Positions 7,810-17,200 of a DNA stretch of 64,000 nt are shown here, one piece after another. A model generated the notes under the pieces. It ran no database searches. It saw only the letters and a program-made list of their open reading frames with translations, and was not told the origin of the DNA. The position numbers and the translations under genes are program-made. Source of the DNA: a virus. The stretch's first letter is position 1; every line of letters begins with the position of its first letter. The stretch lies in the IMG/VR virus record IMGVR_UViG_3300046170_000289; one strand, written 5' to 3'.

Positions 7810-8343
7810 TCAACCACCAACCACTTGGACTTGCTCGACTACAACGTCGGCTCCTCCAGCAGTGAGTTTAACTGCACGCTTAAGTGCGGGGACAGTGCCT
7901 GCTGCAACCTTTGCGGTGCCCAGAGCATAATCAGCACTTGCTGCACTACTGTCATAGTCAGTAGTGATTGTGGTATTAGAAATTGCAGTTACTTTCTTAC
8001 CACCAGATCCAGCAGATACAAAATCACTTGTAAACGCTGCATCACCGTTTGCTTCAGTTGCAATATAATCACCAACGGCAAACTTATGTGCGGGGGTGCC
8101 ACCACCAAGGACGGTGATAACAGCAGTTGCTGCATCAGTCATCGCATTGATTTGTGCATTCTTTGCTTTACCGCAAGACAGGAGCAGTGCTTCACCTGCT
8201 GCAAGGGTTACGGCAGGACCGTCATCAATCTTAATTGTTGATGCGGATGCTGCATAGCAGCGGAGGACACCTGACTTCACCACAACGTAGCCATTGCCAC
8301 TTGCAGAAATGGTTTGGGTGTCAATGACATTTAATACTGACAT
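7810..8343 (-). CDS. Hypothetical beta-rich, probable virion protein (177 aa)
   Basis: ORF track. Preceded by a late-promoter motif and an AGGAG RBS. A/G/T/V-rich composition. Confidence 0.8.
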   Translation of the reverse strand: MSVLNVIDTQTISASGNGYVVVKSGVLRCYAASASTIKIDDGPAVTLAAGEALLLSCGKAKNAQINAMTDAATAVITVLGGGTPAHKFAVGDYIATEANGDAAFTSDFVSAGSGGKKVTAISNTTITTDYDSSAASADYALGTAKVAAGTVPALKRAVKLTAGGADVVVEQVQVVGG

Positions 8344-8366
8344 TGTTAATACGTACTCCTACGATT

Positions 8367-8822
8367 CTATTTATCGCGTTGTTGTTTTAGAAACTTGGCG
8401 AGATCTGCTGTGCTACCTACAAACATGGTATTGTTTGTAGTGTTAACTTCTTTAGATTTTTTGGGATTTTCAATATCGTTGACTTTCTTTTGAAGGTCTA
8501 CGAGTTTATCCGCCACGTCGCCAACGTGCTTGATCAATTGACCAGCAACCTCAAACGCACGAGGTTGATCGGATTGTTGTGCTAAGTCAAGAATTCCATC
8601 CACTGCTTCCTGACCTTTTTCAATCAAAGCATATAAATTACCACGAGTATACTCATAGTCCTTCTTCAGTTGCTCCCTTGTAGAAGTAGGATCTTCTACA
8701 GGCACAATAGGTTCTGGTTTTGCTTCAGGGACGATATCGCTAGAAACATCGAGTGCTTCCTCGATGCCGTCATACTTACTCGTCTTGTCCTGTGACTGGG
8801 TTGTAATCTTTTGCATCGACAT
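8367..8822 (-). CDS. gp16: Terminase small subunit (start uncertain: ATG 8822/8816 or ACG 8783)
   Basis: DYEYTRGNLYALIEKGQEAVDGIL, PRAFEVAGQLIK and TNNTMFVGSTADL are typical of cyanomyovirus gp16. Follows gp15. Confidence 0.92.
   Translation of the reverse strand: MSMQKITTQSQDKTSKYDGIEEALDVSSDIVPEAKPEPIVPVEDPTSTREQLKKDYEYTRGNLYALIEKGQEAVDGILDLAQQSDQPRAFEVAGQLIKHVGDVADKLVDLQKKVNDIENPKKSKEVNTTNNTMFVGSTADLAKFLKQQRDK
8368..8375 (-). promoter_or_regulatory. T4-type late promoter (GATAAATA)
   Basis: Matches NATAAATA, 25 nt upstream of the 8343 start, overlapping the gp16 stop. Confidence 0.7.
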
Positions 8823-9573
8823 AATGTGAAGTAAACTCGGAGAATCCAAAATCGTCTGTGGGATCCGCATTGAGTGGATCTGGTTGGACTGTATAACGCA
8901 ATTCGCGTGGTGCCTGACGGTCCACATCGGTTGCATAGTCCACTTGGACTTTCTTGATGACCTCGCCCGTTGCGTCTCCTATAGGACCGTACAGGTAGGT
9001 CTTAGCGACAAACTGTAGGGTATATACAAGTGTGCGACGAGTATCATAGTCACCCTCATATTCATCACTATAATCTACTGATGTGAGGGTCACAGGATAG
9101 TCTCTCTTCTCACCAAGATCTGGGACCAGATTCATAGTGAGATTAAAACTTGGTTGGAAGTATGGAAGAATCTGCTCCAAGATCTGCAGGGAGTCGTCCT
9201 GATTCTTTGCGAGAATTGCTAATTCAAAATTGATATTATATGGCACTGGCATGAAAGACTTTGCCTCATTACCATCACTCTTGGTATTTCTGATCGCAGA
9301 AATAGGAGACAACTTTCTAGTGGGATCATAAGAGATACCACCGATCTCAAACGAAACTCTAGGGAGAGTAATCTGTGCCTGATCCTGTGTAGATAAGTCA
9401 CCTACTTGGCGAAGACGTGCTAAGAATTTCTGCTTAGGACCGTATGCAAGAGGCACTTTCATAACTTCAGTCTTCGATCCTTTAGTGCGACGAAGCTCAA
9501 TGTTATTAAACAGTGTGCCGAATCCGACAACTGTCTTCCTTATAATTTCGTGATATGTGTAAGTGCCTAGCAT
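8776..9573 (-). CDS. gp15: Tail sheath stabiliser / tail terminator
   Basis: YHEIIRKTVVGFGTLFNNI, VPLAYGPKQKFLARL, LPRVSFE and PVPYNINFELAI. Synteny gp13-14-15-16. Confidence 0.95.
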   Translation of the reverse strand: MLGTYTYHEIIRKTVVGFGTLFNNIELRRTKGSKTEVMKVPLAYGPKQKFLARLRQVGDLSTQDQAQITLPRVSFEIGGISYDPTRKLSPISAIRNTKSDGNEAKSFMPVPYNINFELAILAKNQDDSLQILEQILPYFQPSFNLTMNLVPDLGEKRDYPVTLTSVDYSDEYEGDYDTRRTLVYTLQFVAKTYLYGPIGDATGEVIKKVQVDYATDVDRQAPRELRYTVQPDPLNADPTDDFGFSEFTSHYVDAKDYNPVTGQDE

Positions 9574-10454
9574 TACAGAGTGCCTCCAGAGTTACCAAAC
9601 TCACCAAAGGGATTGCCCTCAGTAAAGTCAATGATTCCATCTGCCTGTGTTTCGATGGTCCAGTTGGTATCGATAGTGTCAGAAGTATTCACATTATTTA
9701 GGGTGTTATAGTTTGCACTTGTCCAGGATGCACTAGATGTATCTCCAGTGATAGTCTCAGGAATGGTGAATCTACCGTCACGATTGATGACGATTAACTT
9801 ACCAGTAGCAGAGTCCCACGATTTAACATCAGCCGTGGTGTTGGAGGTACCGCCCGTAACAGTCTCACCAACGGTAAAGTCTCCTGACCCACCTGCAGAC
9901 ATGGTGACGGTGATAGCGTTGGCAAAGTTGAGCTCGATAGCATCGACTTCTGCGACTCCAGTATCGAAGTCTTCGTCAGAGTATTCAAAGAGCTCACAAC
10001 GTAAACCCCAGACATGAATTTTTCCGAGTTGATAGAAGGGAACTTCATGCTCGACGAATTGAATTTCAAAAGTTTTGTTAGCAAGGGGGAAATGTATGAG
10101 GTCTCCTTCATTTGGTCTTCCTTCTACTATAAGTGTTGCATTGTCGTCTACTGCTTGAGTAAACCTAGCGCGTGAAATAATGAATGTAACTTGGTCGGAG
10201 ATTCTGACTCCGAATTTGCTAAACATGTCGCCATCGCCTCGAAAACCGTTTGCGTCTTCGACGTATGCTTCGATAAGATGTGCGCCATTGAATGATGATA
10301 GATTATCCTCTCCAAAAACAGTATCTTCATTAACTAACGTCCTCGGTATATAGTAAACATCTTTACCGAACATCTTGATCTGCTCAATGACAAGGCTTTC
10401 CACCATGTCTTGCTCGCCTGTTGTGCCCTGAGTGAAGTAACTGTTAGTAGCCAT
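9573..10454 (-). CDS. gp14: Neck protein
   Basis: EQIKMFGKDVYYIPR, PNEGDLIHFP, FYQLGK and CELFEYSDE. Confidence 0.95.
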   Translation of the reverse strand: MATNSYFTQGTTGEQDMVESLVIEQIKMFGKDVYYIPRTLVNEDTVFGEDNLSSFNGAHLIEAYVEDANGFRGDGDMFSKFGVRISDQVTFIISRARFTQAVDDNATLIVEGRPNEGDLIHFPLANKTFEIQFVEHEVPFYQLGKIHVWGLRCELFEYSDEDFDTGVAEVDAIELNFANAITVTMSAGGSGDFTVGETVTGGTSNTTADVKSWDSATGKLIVINRDGRFTIPETITGDTSSASWTSANYNTLNNVNTSDTIDTNWTIETQADGIIDFTEGNPFGEFGNSGGTL

Positions 10455-10455
10455 C

Positions 10456-11259
10456 TTATCCGATCATGTCTAGAGGTGGTAATTCCCATTCGGTGCGTAG
10501 TTGCTCATCTAAATTCTTGAGCTCATCTACAGCATCGTTATAAATCATTTCACCATTTAGAGTCACGCCACCAGGCATTTGGACTCCAGTAAACTTGGTA
10601 AGATTACTTCCCCATTGTTTTTTAATCTTAGCGGAAGCATAATCCTTAACCCACATAGCATTATAAATCTCTGGCCATGTGTCAGGATCCAGAGCACGAT
10701 ATGCCTTGATAACAATATACTGATCAAGCAAAGCATCTGCCTTCCAGTCAAAGTCAATATACAGTCTGTCTTGGACAGCACTATATCTGACTGGTTTCAT
10801 ACCTTCCAACAGGAAGTCGATAGTTTCCAGGTGCTGCTGAATCATGTAGTAATGATAAAACTGTGTAGACGTAAAGTCATACAAGTCATTCAGTCTCATC
10901 TGATAACGAATATCAAACATGTTTCTGGTGCCCTTATCGGTAAAACCGAAGAGACCTTCCACTGAAAGAATGTGCTCAGGGATCTCAATGTAGTTACGAT
11001 ACTCAGACCAGATGTCACCAGTAGCACCGTCGCCAGTTGTGTTAGTGACGAGTTTTGCTCTGTCAATAACATCCTGAGTCAACTGATGCTTAAGGTAAAC
11101 CTTCTCACATCCATCGTAATGAAATTGTTGGAATTTTTGCAGTGTATAATCGATAGCATCATCAATCTGATCATCGGAGACATTGATCTCCAAGACTGGT
11201 TTACCCAGTCTACGGAGGCAGTACTCCTTCAATTCTGCTTTAGTGGTAGGTTTTGCCAT
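10456..11259 (-). CDS. gp13: Neck protein (head-tail adaptor)
   Basis: LKEYCLRRLGKPVLEINV, KQWGSNLTKFTGVQMPGGVTLNG and ELPPLDMIG. Confidence 0.96.
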   Translation of the reverse strand: MAKPTTKAELKEYCLRRLGKPVLEINVSDDQIDDAIDYTLQKFQQFHYDGCEKVYLKHQLTQDVIDRAKLVTNTTGDGATGDIWSEYRNYIEIPEHILSVEGLFGFTDKGTRNMFDIRYQMRLNDLYDFTSTQFYHYYMIQQHLETIDFLLEGMKPVRYSAVQDRLYIDFDWKADALLDQYIVIKAYRALDPDTWPEIYNAMWVKDYASAKIKKQWGSNLTKFTGVQMPGGVTLNGEMIYNDAVDELKNLDEQLRTEWELPPLDMIG

Positions 11260-11265
11260 TTGTTA

Positions 11266-14200
11266 TCAGAGAGCAGCGATTGCAGCCTTGAATGCTGCGA
11301 AATCAGCAGCACCCGCAGCGACGGACTTGAGGGTTGTGAGGGTAATAGTCTCTGCTTGTAGTGCAGAGTCAGCAGTTGCACCTTGTGCAGCAGTAGCAAA
11401 GTCACCTGTAGCAGCTGCAGCAGCAGTGCCCAGTGTAGGAGCACCAGATAGGTCTCCATAAGCGCCAGAGAATAATGTAGGTTTGCCAGTCAGGTCAGCA
11501 TATGCTCCAGAGAAGAGCGAAGGCTTACCAGTCAGATCTGCATAAGCACCCGAGAAGAGTGTAGGCAGGTTACCAAGATCATTGTAAGATCCACTGGTTG
11601 CTACAGTAGACAGATCTCCTGGTTGTGTAGCGGAGTCTGCCAAAGCACCCTGTGCAGAAGTTGCATAGGCAGTTGAAGCAGTGACGGCAGCAGATCCCAA
11701 TCCAAGAGTGGCGCGAGCAGCAGCGGCATCAGCATCATCAACCAAAGTAAGACCGAAGGCACTTACTTCAGATGCATCAAGTTTTCCAGTGATACCAGCA
11801 ACAACACGAGCATCAGCACGAGCGTTGGTGTAGTAGAGGTTAGTCCCCTCTGCTAGGTCACTCGTAGACTGGTTGCTCAGGTCAAGGTTTGCACCAACTT
11901 GGAGTCCGATACGAGTATCAGCAAGTCCATTTACCTCAGCGTCAGTGCGCTCAGTGAAGGAGAAGACACCAGTAGAAGCGTTATAACCGAGGTCGCCACT
12001 AGCAGACAATGCACCACGAGTGCGGGAGTTTGTAACGAAGAGATTGGTAGATCCTTCTGTGAGGTTGTCTGTATTGATGTCCGACTGAGTAACAGTAATA
12101 GTGCCACTACCGTCATGCTCAATACCGTTACCGTAAGTAAATGCATTTCGTGCTCTCGCTTGTGTGAAGTAAGAATTGCTAGACCCTTCTACAACTTGAT
12201 CAGTTGTATACTCACCGAAGTCAACAGACAGGGTGAGGAGGTTTCCAGCATCATTATAGGTAGCATCGATACCTGTGCCACCTGCAACCAATGCAGCGAC
12301 ACGATCATCCACTCTCTCGTTAGTATAGTAGAGGTTTGTGCTTCCCTCAGTCAGAGCGTCAGTATCGTGGTTAGCGATACTACCAACCTGTGACTGGAAG
12401 AAGGTCAAAGCACCAGTAACATTCAAGTTACCCTGAATCTCAAAGTCAGTAATTGACTTAAAGTTAGTAACCTGAAGGGTGTTAGTGCTTGGGTTGTATG
12501 TAAGGTTTTGTGAGTCTGTGCGGACCTCAGTGTGCCCAGACGTTGCAGAAACAAACGTTGGGAAGTAAGTCAGGTTAGAAGTTGCTGTCTCAGTAACGTC
12601 AACCAGATTTGCTTTGTCTGAAGTACCTGTAAGGTCACCAGTAACGTTACCAGTAATCTGTCCAGTAACACCCAACGTGCCACCCATGGTGGTGTTGTTA
12701 GTGACTGCCAGAGTGCCCAGAGTAGAGGTGCCTGTGATCTCTGCATTACCAGAAGTGGAGTGCAGGGTGATCTTGTCAGTGCCACCACCATTCTGCAACT
12801 TGATAGTCTTAGAAGCACCACGGAGGACAACGTTGTCCTTAAACAGTGAGGTGCTATCGACAGTCAACGTGCCGTCTAGTTGCTGATTACCATCAACATT
12901 CAGATCAGAATCAAAGTCAACATTCTGTGTAACTTGCAGAGTATCATCAATGATTGTCCTGCCTGCAACGTCTAAGGTGCCAGCAACGGTAACATTACCA
13001 GTTGATCCCTGGACAATAAACTTGTTGGTGTTGACGAGGATCGATCCACCAACGTTAACGTTAGAAGTTGTGTTAACAGTAGCAATGTTTGCTGTAGTAG
13101 CAGCAACTGTAGCAGAGGTGATTGTGCCGTCTGCAGTGATGTTACCTGTAGCACCGAAGAGGGTGATGGTTTCATTCTGGTCAGGACCAATAAAGATATC
13201 CTCACCGAAGTAAGAATCTTCATAGACTGCGATACCACCGTTGGGGACCATCAATGCTGCGTTAGCAGTCAGACGGTTAGCAGTAGCGTTAACGTTAAGT
13301 GTGACCTTCTCAGCAAATGCAGCAGTGTTAGTGACTGCCAGTGTGCCTGTGATACTACCGTTACCAACAGTAGAGAAGTTACCAGTTGCAGAGGCAACGG
13401 TAAACTTATCAGTAGTGCCAGAGCGGACAGCGAAGTCAGCATCAACATCTACAATACCATTCAACTCTGTGCGTCCACCAACAGTCAGTGTGCCAGAAGT
13501 ATCCTGATTACCATTGTGATCAATGTTATCGTTGACAGTTAGCAGACCTTCGATCTGAGTTGTGCCAGCAATATAGGTGTTACCGTTATCAGTATCAACA
13601 GTGAATCTGTCAACCAGTGAAGATCTGATTACAAAGTTTTCGTTAGTGGCATCAACCAGCAGAGTGTCATTGACAGTCACCTGATCAGATACGACCAGAG
13701 TGCCGCTGACTGTAGCATTGTCAGTGATGTCTACTGATCCACCAGCAGAGTCAAGGACAAGGTTACCAGCAGTGGTATCAATCTCGTTAGAAGCAGCAAC
13801 ACCAATTCTTACAGCATCAGCAGTGATGTCTGTAGAAGTGATAGGAGCGTTAAAGGTTGACGTTGCATTAACTGTCAGAGTATCGCCAGAAGCGTCACCC
13901 AAAGTTGTATTGCTATCTACCTGAAGATTACCATCAACCTCAGCGTTGTCTGTGATATGGACTTTACCATCAGCAGAGTCAAGGATCAGGTTACCAGCAG
14001 TTGTGGAGATTTCAGTAGCACCATCAACGCCGATCTTGATGTTATCCGCTGTGATATCGGTAGAAGTAATCGCTTGATTAAATGTAACCGTGCCAGTAAC
14101 GATGTGGTTATCTCCTGCCTGGTTGCCAATAGTAGCATTACCATCAACAGTAAGAGTGCCATCGATCTGAGTATTGCCATCAACATTAAGGTTACCGTCT

Positions 14201-17200
14201 ACATCAGCATTGTCTGTGATGTTGACAGTGCCGCCTGCAGAATCAAGAATCAAATTACCTGAGGAGGTGCTGATCTCGTTAGCAGCATCCGTAGCAACCT
14301 TAAGGTCGCGAATGTTAAGTCTCTCAGCAGCAGTCAGTGCTTGGTTAAACTGGACTGTGCCGTTAACAGTATGAGAGTCACCTGACTGGTTACCAATCTG
14401 TGCGTTACCATTGACATTGAATGTGCCGTTGGCAAACGTATTACCAGTCTGTGCATCTACAGTAAATGTAGTGGAAACTGCGAAGTCATCGGTAACATCC
14501 AGTGTGCCAGTAATCCCAACGTTACCCCCGAAGGAGCCATTGTCGGTAACGACCAGATCGTCGCCAACATAAAGATCAAGACCGATACCAACGCCACCGC
14601 CAACGATGAGAGTACCAGAAGAAGCATTGGTTGCATTTGTTGTATCAAATAGTTTAATAGATCCAGCGTCAAGACCTGATCTTGTGCCGTTGAATGCTTC
14701 ACTGCTATTGGTTGCATTATGGTAGAGAGCATAACGCGAAGCGGAATTATCCCAACCAAAGAAACCAACACGGGCAGTCGTATCGTAGTATCGGAATTCG
14801 ATACCACGATCTTTAGCATCCGACTGGGTAGGAGCAGTGTCCCCACCTAAAGTAATGACGGGATCATCCAACGTCACTACTGTGCTATTTACTGTAGTCG
14901 TAACTCCGTTAACTGTCAAGTTACCTTCGATAATGGCATTGCCATCGATGTCGAAGTTACCATTGATAGTAACGTTATCAGTAAATGTGGAGACAGCGTT
15001 AACTGTCAATACATCAGTGTTTGCATCACCGATGGTAGTCAGAGGACCATTGATTGTAAATTGCTCGTTAAACGTAGCATAACCATGGACAACGATAGCA
15101 CCATCAGTAGCGTTACCCTGACCCACACGACCGATGGTTGTATAACCAGACTCACCAAGGATAGAGAATTCAACGTTATCATTAGTGGCGACCTTACCAA
15201 CGTAGAAGTCATCACCAACATGCAGGTCTTGGACAATACCAACACCACCAGCAACTCTCAGTTGAGCGTCAGCATCATTAGCAAAGGATGCGTTGTGTGC
15301 TGTGCCACCACCCATATAGGTGCGATACAGGACATCAACGTTATTAAGCAGGGAAGGACGGGTGCGAGCAGTGCCAGCATCCTTGACGACCAGACGGTCT
15401 GCCAGATAGATGTCACCACCAACACGGAGATCCTTATCCATGTTGACGCCACCAGCGAAGGTAGCATTACCTCCAGTGCTTAGGGTGATGTCAGAATCAG
15501 TCTCACCAATAACGATGTTGTTAGTGCGCTCAAAAGTGTTGACGCCGCCAACATTAAGACTACCTTCGATATCTGTATTGCCATTCGTGCTCAGGATACG
15601 GAACGTTTGATTGCTGCCATTGGTAATAGTGAAATACTTACCAGTGACATCCATTAGGAAGTCATTGTGGAAGACCACATCATCATCGACATCCAATTCA
15701 GCATTGAATGTTACGTTGCTATCAACATTAAGAGTTGAATCAAAGTCAACACCTTGGACTACATGTAGTGTCCCTTGGATATCGGTGTTACCATTATCAC
15801 TGTCAACAGTAAACTTATTGACTGATCCAGCAGTGCGGATAATAAATTCTTTGTTATCAGCAGTGATGATGAGATTATCTGTAATCTCAGTCTCAAGTTG
15901 AATGTCCAGGGTGCCTTCGATAACAGTGTTACCAGTTGCACTCTCGACAGTAAACTTATCAGTGGTGTTATTTCTAACAGCGAAGTTGGCATCAATGTCA
16001 ACTGTGCCGTCAATCTCAACGTTACCATTCAGGTGAGTCGTGCCACCGACGTTAAGATTCTCAGAGATACCTGTGCCACCAGTCACCACCAAGGTGCCAG
16101 TTGCAGGTGTCTTCCAAGTAGAAGAAGTGTTTGTGGTTAGTCTGAGGTTACCAGCAATGATAGGAGCGTCAGTGCCAGCGTAAACTTCAGAGGTGTTAGT
16201 CGCGTTGTAGAGGAACCTATACCCGCCAGTGCCAGACCAAATGTTAGAGTCCGCATAATCTTCGTCCCAACCATAGAATCCGAATCGCTCTTGACTATCA
16301 TAATACCTAAATTCAATACCACGGTCTTTATTGTCATCTGTTGTAAGAGTATCCTCACCACCCAGTGTCATGATGGGGTCTTGGATAGTCACAACAGTTG
16401 AGTTAACAGTGGTTGTAACACCATCAACTGTCAGGTCACCACGGATACGGACTGTGCCAGTAAGGTCATCGTCATCGTTAGGATCCAACACCATGATGGC
16501 ATTGGTTGTAGAGATGACATTATCTTGAATATGGAAGTCTTCGATGTTGACTCTATGGTCAACGTCAGTAACCAAGATAGTGATGTCCTGATCAGCAGTC
16601 AGGTTGAAAGTTGCATCTCCAGCACCAGCATTGGTGACGTTGATGTCCATGGAGCGGTTTGTCGCTTCATTAACTTCCAGAGCAATCTCTAGATTTCCCG
16701 AGGTTCGCTTAATGAACTGGTCGGCTTTTGTAACATCAAGAGTAATGTTACCACTGATGGTAGTATCGAGGTTAATGTCAACAGCACCAGTGAGAGATGA
16801 TCCACTGGTGGCACTACCGTTACCGTTAGCGTCGTCAGCAGTAATAGCAGGATAGGAATTACCCTGACCCAAAATTCCAGGTTGGAAAGGATACTCACCA
16901 GTATCGTAACCAACGATACGGAATACGCTACCGCCAGTTCTGTTGTTAACGTTAATATGATTAAGCTTGGTAATGCCATGATAAGCATTATCAGTCGTCC
17001 TTTCGGGGTCCAGCTCAAAAGTTTCAGTAGCATCTTGATCCGTAAACATCAAACGACCCAGTGACTGTAACTGGGAATTTTCAATGGCGTTAGCCGCAAT
17101 CGTTACATGACCGTTGGCATCTACGTCGAAGTCTTCCTGGTCGAAACTCGCAAGACCCTTTTGCTCGACGGTATCAGTACCCAGATCTCTCCATCCACCT

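Noticed and set aside
11440-11592. CRISPR-like or VNTR array
   Set aside because: These are in-frame coding repeats with synonymous divergence and no spacers.
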